A DNA stretch of 64,000 nucleotides from assembly GCA_045541395.1 (NCBI GenBank), contig JAZQIZ010000027.1, forward strand, positions 14,006 to 78,005, read 5' to 3'. The DNA is from Eubacteriales bacterium. GTDB taxonomy: Bacteria; Bacillota; Clostridia; Oscillospirales; UMGS1783. Positions within the stretch are counted from its first letter, which is position 1, and every line of letters begins with the position of its first letter. Positions 1 through 8,022 of the stretch are shown piece by piece. Made by a program: the position numbers and the translations under genes. Under the pieces are notes generated by a model. It was given only the letters and a program-made list of their open reading frames with translations. It ran no database searches and was not told the origin of the DNA.

Positions 1-1697
1 ATTTCCGCAGATGCCTTGGCGCCTACGCTTGCGGCTATTGCACCCAAAGCATTGGCAACCTGGCAGTTTTCCGGCAAAACAGCCTTTGTACCCAGCAATT
101 CTGCTACGTCTTTTAAGAAAATTCCGGCAGGAGCACCTGCGCCAACCAGAGTATAGCCAACCTTAAAGGAGCTTTTGAAAAGGCTGTTTTTCTCATTTGC
201 TTTATTGAAGCTTTCTAAAACAAAGGATTTCACGTCCTCGTTTATGCCGTTTTTAAGGTAATGAGGGTATTCATTTTCCAAAAGGGCAAAAACAATATTT
301 GAATAAAGCTTTTTCTTAACAAGGGAGTATACTCTTTCACATAGCTTTTCTACTTCCATATTCAAATTAAAGGCAACAAACTTAGCGCCTAAAAGAGCGG
401 CTTCTTTATTAAAACTTTCAAAATCACCTTTAATATGCATAATATCTGTTGGAGTAAGGCCGCAAATCTGAACTACACCGTCTTTTAAAAGGCGGTCTAC
501 CTTAAGGGTATATATCTCCTTGCCTACGGCAAAGGCCGCCTGAGCAAGGCTTAAAGGCTTTTTCTTCAGAGCTTCGCAAAAGGCCTTTTCCTCCTCGGAA
601 TAGCGACTGCTTTTGGATATATCCTTTATAAGCACAAAATGCTCATATAAATACTTTGTATGCTTTCTTACTTCCAGATTGCGAAGGTTTTCCAATATAC
701 AGGGATATTTATGTGCGCCTACGCAAAGGGGTAATATTCTGTACTCCTCAAGAAGCAATTCTTCATTTTTGTAGTGTATGGCGCTATCTCCTCCCAAGCC
801 TACAGTTTTAACGTATAGACCGTTTACGAAGGTTTTCCATTTGCCTATGGAAACCCCGCCTGTGGCAGTGGCCGGCAGACCCTTATTTATAAAGGCTATA
901 TCTGTGGTGGTGCCGCCCATATCAACAATAATGCAGTTTTTTTCATCCACAAGTGATTTGCAACCGATAGTACTGGCCGCAGGGCCGCAAAGAAGGGTTT
1001 CAACCGGATGCAGAGAAGCGAATTCTTCGGTCATCAAGCCGCCGTCACTTCTTACAATTACAACGGATTCGGGGTTGATCCCTCTTAGATTAAGAGCCTC
1101 TTTAACCGAAGCCAAAAACTGAGTAATTATTGGAATAAGCCCTGCATTTAAAAGGGTGCCTGCGCCTCTGCGAAGGCAGTTAAGCTCACTGAACAGCTCG
1201 TGGCCGCAAACAACAGGCATATTATGCTGTTTTAAAAACAGCTCCTTGGCGGTTTTTTCGGTTAGATCTCCATTGATCTTGGAGTTCATTTCAATTATTC
1301 CAACTCCGTCCAGGTCCTCAAATCCAACGGCAATATCCTTTTCAAATTCGGGCCAATTGACCTTCTCCTGAATATACATTTGCTCAGAATCCGGCAGGCC
1401 GAACTTTTTTCCGTAATTATCTACAGTATTTTTATCTACTCCAAAGAAAATAAGCTTTGCTCTGCCGCTTTTATCTTCAACACAGGCGTTGGTTGCAAGG
1501 GTTGTAGAAAGAGAAACTACCTGAGCTTTTTTTACAAGGTCCTGAGGCAGGGCGTCTACCGCCCCTAAAATACCGACCTTAAGATCATATTTGGTTGTAA
1601 GGGATTTGGCGCTGCCTAACACCTTGCGGCTTTCAAAATCATAAACCACCGCGTCGGTATAGGTACCGCCTGTATCTATTCCTATTCCGATCTTCAT
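1..1697 (-). CDS. hydantoinase/oxoprolinase-family (ASKHA-fold) ATPase, C-terminal part cut by window edge
   Basis: Absent from the ORF track because it has no stop in the window. Hand translation of the minus strand from ATG 1697 gives 565 codons with no stop: MKIGIGIDTGGTYTDAVVYDF...IVDMGGTTTDIAF...VANALGAIAAS. Two ASKHA phosphate motifs are present. The start overlaps the upstream stop (ATGA at 1694-1697). Confidence 0.75.
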   Translation of the reverse strand, partial: MKIGIGIDTGGTYTDAVVYDFESRKVLGSAKSLTTKYDLKVGILGAVDALPQDLVKKAQVVSLSTTLATNACVEDKSGRAKLIFFGVDKNTVDNYGKKFGLPDSEQMYIQEKVNWPEFEKDIAVGFEDLDGVGIIEMNSKINGDLTEKTAKELFLKQHNMPVVCGHELFSELNCLRRGAGTLLNAGLIPIITQFLASVKEALNLRGINPESVVIVRSDGGLMTEEFASLHPVETLLCGPAASTIGCKSLVDEKNCIIVDMGGTTTDIAFINKGLPATATGGVSIGKWKTFVNGLYVKTVGLGGDSAIHYKNEELLLEEYRILPLCVGAHKYPCILENLRNLEVRKHTKYLYEHFVLIKDISKSSRYSEEEKAFCEALKKKPLSLAQAAFAVGKEIYTLKVDRLLKDGVVQICGLTPTDIMHIKGDFESFNKEAALLGAKFVAFNLNMEVEKLCERVYSLVKKKLYSNIVFALLENEYPHYLKNGINEDVKSFVLESFNKANEKNSLFKSSFKVGYTLVGAGAPAGIFLKDVAELLGTKAVLPENCQVANALGAIAASVGAKASAE

Positions 1698-2545
1698 TTT
1701 TTAAACCTTTCTGCATAACCGCATTTTCTGCACAGCTCTTCCACTACTTTTCTTTTAGAAAAGCCTTCTTTTATTTTTATGGCTCTTTCTGTATTAATAA
1801 TTTCCTCAAGGGTGTTTTCAAATATATTTCCAAGGCCAATAATTCCGTTGCTGTCCAAACAGCAGGGGGTGACCGTACCGTCACACAATACGGCTATTTG
1901 GTTTCTGAGTCCGTAACAAAAACCCTTTTCGCCGTGATCGGAGGCGCTAAGATCCGGCCATTCAAAGCGCTTGCCCCATTCCAAAAACATATATTCGCCA
2001 AGCTTTTGGCCGTTATAACTTTCTTTCCAAGGCTTAGGAAAATTACACTCCAGAAGTTGCAATATCCTCTCATTCTGGGCATTTTGGCCCTTCAAATCGC
2101 CATTATCCAGATTCCAAAGACGTAATACGCAAATAACCTTGTTTTCTTTACATTCTTTTGCAAATTTCACACAGCCCGAAATGTAATCTTCGGTTTTATT
2201 TTCAAGGCCGCACCCTTCAAGGGAGTGCAAAGAAACGCTTACTTTCCTCACTGCTCCGCTTTTAAATATTACAGGAGCCGCTTTTTCCAAAAGGGTGCCG
2301 TTGGTAGTAATATTCACAGGCATACCTTCGGCTTTTGCAATTTCCAGTATTTCAGAAAGCTGTGAGTGGGAAAGAGGTTCACCCATAACGTGAAGATAAA
2401 ACTCCCTGCCAAAAGGCTTTACCTTTTTTGCAATAAGCTTAAATTCCTCCGCTGTCATTTCTTTTTTAATACGGCTGTGTCCGTGGCAAAAGGAACAGGC
2501 AAGATTACATTTATTTGTTATTTCAATATATATCTTTTTAAACAT
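1694..2545 (-). CDS. radical SAM enzyme with C-terminal SPASM/twitch-like Cys-rich domain
   Basis: 283 aa. CNLACSFC (CxxxCxxC) lies near the N-terminus. The C-terminal Cys cluster is FCYG..VLCDGTVTPCC...CRKCGYA. The start overlaps the upstream stop by 1 nt (TAATG). Confidence 0.8.
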   Translation of the reverse strand: MFKKIYIEITNKCNLACSFCHGHSRIKKEMTAEEFKLIAKKVKPFGREFYLHVMGEPLSHSQLSEILEIAKAEGMPVNITTNGTLLEKAAPVIFKSGAVRKVSVSLHSLEGCGLENKTEDYISGCVKFAKECKENKVICVLRLWNLDNGDLKGQNAQNERILQLLECNFPKPWKESYNGQKLGEYMFLEWGKRFEWPDLSASDHGEKGFCYGLRNQIAVLCDGTVTPCCLDSNGIIGLGNIFENTLEEIINTERAIKIKEGFSKRKVVEELCRKCGYAERFKK

Positions 2546-3414
2546 TATAAAACTCCCGTTAAATCAAATTCGGGTGTATATTCTTCTTTGGCAGAGGAAA
2601 GATCCTGAATATAGCCGTCGGTATACCCAAAAGCCTCAAGATAATCCAACACGGTATCATATTCTTCCTGTGTTATTCTTCTTGAAAGCTCTTTAAAGGG
2701 TGTTTCTATATAGGGGGTATACTGACTCATAAGAGAGAACTTTATTTTTTTACCCTCAAAGGTATTGGCAACCCAGTCTATTACCCGCAGGGAATTATCA
2801 ATAGCCTCAGGCAGAATAAGATGGCGGATAATAAGCCCTTTTTTCATTACCCCGTTTTCTATTTCGTAATCCCCTGCCAAATCGTACATTTTAAGTATGG
2901 CTTTTTTAGCCACCTCAAAGTAATCGGGGGCGGAGGAATATTTGAAAGCTAAAGAGTTATCGCTGTATTTTAAATCGGGCAGAAATATATTTACCTTGCC
3001 TCTTAAACGTTCAAGCTGTTCTTCTTTTTCATAGGCGGAGCTGTTCCATACAACGGGAATGCCCAAAGGCGCCTTTAATGATTCCAATATAGGTTCAATA
3101 AAATGAGTAGGCGTTACAAGGTTTATATTGTGAGCGCCTTTATTCTTAAGCATTTCGAATATCTCTCTCAGCCGCAAAGGAGAAACCTCAATTCCCGCGT
3201 TATTTCGGCTTATTTTATGGTTTTGACAATAAACACAACCAAGATTACAGCCCGAGAAAAACACCGTTCCTGAGCCGTTTTTTGCACTGATACAAGGCTC
3301 TTCCCAAAAGTGAAGAGCCGCTCTTGTTACGCAGGCGTTCAAGGGGCTTGAACAAAGCCCGTATTCTGTTCTTCGATCCACGTTGCAAAAACGAGGGCAT
3401 AAACTACATTCCAT
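2545..3414 (-). CDS. radical SAM protein, PflX/pyruvate-formate-lyase-activase-like (COG1313 type)
   Basis: 289 aa. Contains CNLGCVYCQN (CxxxCxxC) and an N-terminal Cys-rich stretch CSLCPRFCNVDRRTEYGLC. No Shine-Dalgarno sequence lies upstream. Confidence 0.75.
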   Translation of the reverse strand: MECSLCPRFCNVDRRTEYGLCSSPLNACVTRAALHFWEEPCISAKNGSGTVFFSGCNLGCVYCQNHKISRNNAGIEVSPLRLREIFEMLKNKGAHNINLVTPTHFIEPILESLKAPLGIPVVWNSSAYEKEEQLERLRGKVNIFLPDLKYSDNSLAFKYSSAPDYFEVAKKAILKMYDLAGDYEIENGVMKKGLIIRHLILPEAIDNSLRVIDWVANTFEGKKIKFSLMSQYTPYIETPFKELSRRITQEEYDTVLDYLEAFGYTDGYIQDLSSAKEEYTPEFDLTGVL

Positions 3415-3421
3415 AAGTAAT

Positions 3422-3450
3422 ATGATACTATCAAATTACCCTAAATGCAA
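3422..3450 (-). promoter_or_regulatory. candidate sigma-A-type promoter (TTGCAT-17-TATCAT) 7 nt upstream of the ATG at 3414
   Basis: Minus strand reads TTGCAT (3450-3445), a 17-nt spacer, TATCAT (3427-3422), ATTACTT, then ATG. No SD is present, so a leaderless start is possible. Confidence 0.3.
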
Positions 3451-3467
3451 GTTTATGCCCTTTATTT

Positions 3468-4556
3468 TTATTTAAAATATTCTACTGCTTTTGCATATAT
3501 CTCGTCAAGCGCAGTTAAGCTTTGCTCTCCCTCTCCCCCAAAATATACTACAGGGCTTTCCAGTGTGGTGCACCAGGACTCTTCACTACCGTTAAAAACC
3601 TTGCCGCTTATAAGATCGCCTAAGGCCTGCGCACTCTGTTCCCCTAACTGAACCCTAAGCGGATCTACTGCGCCGGCTATAGCGCCGCTTTGCAAAGCTT
3701 CGCTGATATTAGGATAATAGTTTCTTGCAACCACAATAAGATCATCTCTGCCGTTGGCCTCCTTTGCCGCAACCCAGGCTTCGTGCATTGATCCGAAAGC
3801 GCCCACCATATCGGGATATTCCTTTATATACTCTGTCATTTTCTGCGTTGCTTCCTGAACTTCCACCCCCTCAAACCTACCGGAACAAAGCGTATAGGGA
3901 GTATTAAGTTCTTTTATTCTTTCAGTAAAGTAATGACTTGAACCCATAGAGCCACCACTACCACCGACGTCTCCTCCCCAGCCTATGGCGCCTTCTTCTA
4001 TACCGTTTTCTATTAACCTATCTACCAGAAAATCAGCGGCCGCCTTGCCGTATTCTTCGTAGTAGTTCACAAAGCTTTTATCTATGAAATCCTTGGTATC
4101 CTTATATTTATGAGGGAAACAGGCTGTCACTACGTAAATTCCCTGCTTCTTTAATCCCTTCATCATTTCGTAGCAGGAATCGTCACCCACCCACATAAGC
4201 ACACCTGCAACAGAATTTTGGGCTATATCTCTTTCCCAAATGTCCATTATTTCTAGAATTGTATATGAACCGCCGACACTCGGACCGGAAACTATAGGCT
4301 TCATACCCAGTTCTTCTGCTTTGGTGAAAAAGCCGTACTGAACTACTCTGTGTACAGGGTGATCTATTGAACCCATACAGCAGGCTATTGTTTTACCCTG
4401 TGATGGTTCTTCCTGCTCACTGCTCTCGGAAACTTCAGGAACGCTACTTTCGGGAGTTTCAGGTGTGCTGCTTTCAGGAACCTCAGGCCCCTTTGCACAA
4501 CCGAAAAGAGCAAGTAACATTGTTAATGCAAGGGCTAAAGATAAAATCTTTTTCAT
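3468..4556 (-). CDS. lipoprotein, type-I periplasmic-binding-protein fold (sugar-ABC/LacI-like solute-binding protein), paralog 1
   Basis: I trimmed the track ORF (to 4637) to MKKILSLALALTMLLALFGC, which has a signal peptide and lipobox. AGGAG lies 8 nt upstream. Ser/Glu/Pro linker follows, then GKTIACCMGSIDHPVHRVVQYGF..KAEELGM, typical of the N-lobe of sugar-binding proteins. Confidence 0.75.
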   Translation of the reverse strand: MKKILSLALALTMLLALFGCAKGPEVPESSTPETPESSVPEVSESSEQEEPSQGKTIACCMGSIDHPVHRVVQYGFFTKAEELGMKPIVSGPSVGGSYTILEIMDIWERDIAQNSVAGVLMWVGDDSCYEMMKGLKKQGIYVVTACFPHKYKDTKDFIDKSFVNYYEEYGKAAADFLVDRLIENGIEEGAIGWGGDVGGSGGSMGSSHYFTERIKELNTPYTLCSGRFEGVEVQEATQKMTEYIKEYPDMVGAFGSMHEAWVAAKEANGRDDLIVVARNYYPNISEALQSGAIAGAVDPLRVQLGEQSAQALGDLISGKVFNGSEESWCTTLESPVVYFGGEGEQSLTALDEIYAKAVEYFK

Positions 4557-4560
4557 ACTA

Positions 4561-5628
4561 TCACTCCTTAAAATATTCCTGCGCGGCGTTATATATATCG
4601 CGGTAGGTTTGAATATCGTTTTTCCCTTCGCCCTCAAGAGTTGCTAAGGGGGCTTCTATAAATTCAAGCCAGGTATCTTCGCTGCTGTTAAATACTATTC
4701 CGTTTACAAGCTCATTCAAAGCAGTAGCACAAGCGGCACCCTCACCATACCAAGGTGTTGCAACTAATGCATCTATTTTGCCATTTAAAACGGTATTTAT
4801 ATTTGCTTCGGTACAATCCAGGCCTATAACTATAATATCCTCTCGGCCTGTATTGGCTCTTGCTTCAGTCCAAGACAAAGCAGAGTATCCTGTAAGGCCT
4901 ATTGCCGCAACCATATCGGGGTTGCTTTCTATATAGTCAGTTATTTGACTTGTTGCATAAGTAACTTCTCCGCCTTCCATTGCTGAACTCAAAACGGTGA
5001 AATTAGGGGCCTTCTCAGCCATAATTTCAATGAAATTATCCATAGCCACAATACCGGAAGGCACACCGGGCCCGCTAAACGAAATGCCTATGGAACCTTC
5101 GGTAATGCCCGACTCTGTCAGCTTATCCAAAATATAATCGACCATCTCAGCGCTGTATTGTTTTTCTGAATAAGCAATATTCTTATCAATAAAGCTTTTT
5201 GTATGCTCATAGCTATGTATATAATGAGGAACGACAGTGCAAACGCCTTGTTCTTTCAGTGTTTTCATCATTTCATAGCAGGAATCGTCGCCTGCCCAAA
5301 TCATGGCACCAACAGCATTGTTAGAAGCGATATCGCTGTTCCATTTATCTATAAGCTCCTGATATGAACCTTCATCAAGGCCGGATATTATAGGGTTCAT
5401 TCCAAGCTCTTGTGCTTTAGTGCAAAAGCCGTACTGAACTACTCTGTATATAGGATGAGCAAATGAACCCATACAGCAGGCTACGGTTTTACCCTGCGCC
5501 AAATTTTCCGATCCGTTGCTTTCGGAATTTTCGGGTGTACTGCTTTCGGGAGCCTCAGGCTCCTTTGCACAGCCGAAAACTCCTAAGGCAAGAATTAAGC
5601 ATAATATTAAACAGATAATTCTTTTCAT
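4561..5628 (-). CDS. lipoprotein solute-binding protein, paralog 2
   Basis: Start trimmed to ATG 5628 (MKRIICLILCLILALGVFGC, lipobox), with GGAGG 8 nt upstream. Same N-lobe motif as paralog 1. The N-terminal ~120 codons are nearly identical in DNA to paralog 3. Confidence 0.75.
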   Translation of the reverse strand: MKRIICLILCLILALGVFGCAKEPEAPESSTPENSESNGSENLAQGKTVACCMGSFAHPIYRVVQYGFCTKAQELGMNPIISGLDEGSYQELIDKWNSDIASNNAVGAMIWAGDDSCYEMMKTLKEQGVCTVVPHYIHSYEHTKSFIDKNIAYSEKQYSAEMVDYILDKLTESGITEGSIGISFSGPGVPSGIVAMDNFIEIMAEKAPNFTVLSSAMEGGEVTYATSQITDYIESNPDMVAAIGLTGYSALSWTEARANTGREDIIVIGLDCTEANINTVLNGKIDALVATPWYGEGAACATALNELVNGIVFNSSEDTWLEFIEAPLATLEGEGKNDIQTYRDIYNAAQEYFKE

Positions 5629-5632
5629 CACA

Positions 5633-6691
5633 TCATCCTCCAAAATATTTATTTGCAGTTTCCTTCAGCGCAATATATTCTTCCAGCTCCGATAAATCTA
5701 TTATTGACCCATTTAATTTTTCATTCCAGGTTGTTTTATTATTAAATTCCACCCCGTTTATTAACTCATACAGAGCAATTGCGGAACATTGACCACCTTC
5801 AAATATTGGTTCATACAAAACTTTATCAATTTCTTTAGATTTTAAGAGTTCAGAAATAGATTTTCCTTCCCTGACAGAAGATTTATCCTGTGCAATTATC
5901 AACATATCGTTGCTTGTCTGCATTCTCGCATTGACCCAGGCATTGGCGTCGGTATCTCCAAGGGCAACGACCGCTACAACAGGGCAACCAAGCTCTTTCT
6001 TATCATTTATAAAATTAACACATTTTTCGGTATCATCTGCAAGTGTGAGATGAGTTAAAAACATTTCCGCATCATACCCTGCCGCTTTAACTTGATCAAT
6101 TGCATTGTAAATATACCCGTTCATCTCCTGATTGGTGTGATGAGTAATAACTACAGTACCATTCGTTATATTATTTTCCACCAGACTGTCCACAATAAAC
6201 GTGGCTGTATCAACACCAAAATCACAATAATCATAATACGGGTTTTTATCTATGAATTTACAAGTACTTTCATAATTATGCGCAAAATACGGCACAACGG
6301 TATAAATCCCCTTCTCCTTCAATGCTTTCATCATTTCGTAGCAGGAATCGTCGCCTGTCCAAATCATGGCACCAACAGCATTGTTAGAAGCGATATCGCT
6401 GTTCCATTTATCTATAAGCTCCTGCATATTGCCTTCATCAAGACCGGATATTATAGGGTTCATTCCAAGCTCTTGTGCTTTAATACAAAATCCGTACTGA
6501 ACTACTCTGTGTACAGGATGAGTAAATGAACCCATACAGCAGGCTATTGTTTTGCCCTGCGCATAATCTTCGGAATCATTGCTTTCGGGAGTTTCGGGGG
6601 TACTGCTTTCAGGAACCTCAGGCTCCTTTGCACAGCCGAATATTCCTAAGGTAAGAATTAAGCATAATATTAAACAGATAATTCTTTTCAT
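5633..6691 (-). CDS. lipoprotein solute-binding protein, paralog 3 (divergent C-lobe)
   Basis: Start trimmed to ATG 6691 (MKRIICLILCLILTLGIFGC), with GGAG upstream. The N-terminal half resembles paralog 2. The C-terminal half is unrelated by eye. Confidence 0.75.
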   Translation of the reverse strand: MKRIICLILCLILTLGIFGCAKEPEVPESSTPETPESNDSEDYAQGKTIACCMGSFTHPVHRVVQYGFCIKAQELGMNPIISGLDEGNMQELIDKWNSDIASNNAVGAMIWTGDDSCYEMMKALKEKGIYTVVPYFAHNYESTCKFIDKNPYYDYCDFGVDTATFIVDSLVENNITNGTVVITHHTNQEMNGYIYNAIDQVKAAGYDAEMFLTHLTLADDTEKCVNFINDKKELGCPVVAVVALGDTDANAWVNARMQTSNDMLIIAQDKSSVREGKSISELLKSKEIDKVLYEPIFEGGQCSAIALYELINGVEFNNKTTWNEKLNGSIIDLSELEEYIALKETANKYFGG

Positions 6692-6723
6692 TGTCAACAC
6701 TCCTTAATAAGCTTTACAGCTTC

Positions 6724-6752
6724 AGTTTAAATAAATACAACAGGCTTGTCAA
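6724..6752 (-). promoter_or_regulatory. candidate sigma-A promoter of the binding-protein genes (TTGACA-17-TAAACT)
   Basis: Minus strand has TTGACA (6752-6747), a 17-nt spacer and TAAACT (6729-6724), about 30 nt upstream of ATG 6691. Confidence 0.45.
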
Positions 6753-6793
6753 TAAAGAGTTTTCCAAAAATTAAGTTTTTTGTCCTAAATATG

Positions 6794-6831
6794 ACAAAAC
6801 GGTTACAAAACGGTTACAAAACGGTTACAAA
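6794..6831. repeat. perfect 11-bp tandem repeat ACAAAACGGTT x3 plus partial 4th copy
   Basis: Units at 6794-6804, 6805-6815 and 6816-6826, then ACAAA. Each unit carries the 7-mer palindrome AACGGTT. The repeat lies 42-80 bp upstream of the putative -35. Confidence 0.95.
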
Positions 6832-6832
6832 T

Positions 6833-6866
6833 AAAAAAACCAAACTTAAAAAAGTTTGGTTTTTTC
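6833..6866 (-). terminator. rho-independent terminator after the DD-carboxypeptidase gene
   Basis: 11-bp stem AAACCAAACTT/AAGTTTGGTTT (6837-6862) with a 4-nt loop. A-run and T-run flank it on both sides. Confidence 0.8.
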
Positions 6867-6867
6867 T

Positions 6868-8022
6868 TTAAAATAGCAAGGATTTCATAAGTTGCTTAAA
6901 ATTAAAGCCGAAGGTAACTCTTTCAACGTTTTCCTTGGCGGTAAGATCAAAGGTTGCAACGTTTTGTGAAGCAACAAAGAATTTCACACAGCCTAATTTT
7001 TGCCCTTTGTTTACGGGTGCAACGAGGCTTTCCTCCAATTCAATTTCATAAGTTACCTGACCTTTTTGCGCTTTATTTATAAGCAGGGTGGTTTCACCCT
7101 GTTTCATTTCGGGGGTGGCGTAATTTGTTTTGCCTTTTAATACTGCTACGTTCTCAAAGCTTTCTATTTCAGGCAGGGTAACTGTGGCATAATTGGCAAA
7201 GCCATAGTTTAAGAGAGCTTTGGCCTGTTCGTTGCGGTCGCTTACGCTTTGGGCGCCTAAGACTATGGCAATAAGATGCATGCCGTCTCTTTTGGCGGTG
7301 GCGCAGACGCAATATTTTGCTTTATCGGTGGAGCCTGTTTTAAGGCCGGTAGTACCGCTGTAAAAGCGCACCAGCTTATTTGTATTGGTGAGGCCGAATT
7401 CGCCGTTGCGGATGGTATCAGTCCAGATGGTGGTATATTCAAATATTTTCTCATGCTTCATTAATTCTCTTGCCATAACGGATATATCCTTAGCGGTAGA
7501 GATGTTTTCGGTACCCATATCGTCAAGGCCCGTAGCATTCTGAAACACGGTATCCTTCAGCCCTAATTCCTTTGCCTTTTTATTCATAAGCTGAGCGAAA
7601 GCTTCTTCACTTCCTGCAATATGCTCGGCAAGGGCAACCGCCGCATCATTGCCCGAGGCAACGGCTATACATTTTAAAAGCTCATCAACGGTTATTTCTT
7701 CGTTTTGAGAAAGATACACCCTTGAGCCGGGCTGAGAAGAGGCGTTTTCCGAGCAGGTTACAATATCGCCTAAAGATATTTGCCCGTTTTCAATAGCCTC
7801 AAAGCCTAAGATCAGAGTCATAATTTTGCTTATGGACGCAGGAGAGGTTTTTTCATTTTCGTTCTGCGCATAAAGCACCTTGCCTGTTTTCTCCTCTAAA
7901 AGCAGACAGGAGCGGGCGCTAAGGTTAAGATCTACCATGGCGGAGGCTTCAACCGAGTCATCGGCCAGGATAGGGGTAATAAAAATAATCACGGATAAAA
8001 ATACTGCAAGAAAACGTTTCAC
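6868..8022 (-). CDS. serine-type D-alanyl-D-alanine carboxypeptidase (PBP5/DacB-like)
   Basis: 384 aa with a signal peptide. SxxK (SISK), SGN (ASGNDAA) and KTG (LKTGST) motifs are present. GTG start with AGGGGAG upstream. Confidence 0.85.
   Translation of the reverse strand: MKRFLAVFLSVIIFITPILADDSVEASAMVDLNLSARSCLLLEEKTGKVLYAQNENEKTSPASISKIMTLILGFEAIENGQISLGDIVTCSENASSQPGSRVYLSQNEEITVDELLKCIAVASGNDAAVALAEHIAGSEEAFAQLMNKKAKELGLKDTVFQNATGLDDMGTENISTAKDISVMARELMKHEKIFEYTTIWTDTIRNGEFGLTNTNKLVRFYSGTTGLKTGSTDKAKYCVCATAKRDGMHLIAIVLGAQSVSDRNEQAKALLNYGFANYATVTLPEIESFENVAVLKGKTNYATPEMKQGETTLLINKAQKGQVTYEIELEESLVAPVNKGQKLGCVKFFVASQNVATFDLTAKENVERVTFGFNFKQLMKSLLF

Noticed and set aside
778-1568. Three plus-strand ORFs (114, 71 and 62 aa) offered by the ORF track
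   Set aside because: They are antisense to a continuous 565-codon minus-strand reading frame with clear hydantoinase/ASKHA motifs. Their products are Pro/Ser/Leu-rich with no motifs.
3468-6700. Track start codons of the three binding-protein ORFs (4637, 5643, 6700) and similar upstream TTG/GTG starts elsewhere (for example 28640, 19807, 41085, 59148)
   Set aside because: The extensions precede obvious signal peptides or conserved N-termini, and they begin inside or upstream of the SD of the internal ATG. I re-set the starts to the SD-supported ATG.
6794-6831. Possibility that the 11-bp repeat is a CRISPR array or a mobile-element end
   Set aside because: The units are contiguous with no spacers, far too short, and number only 3.5 copies. 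No cas, transposase or integrase genes occur anywhere in the window.
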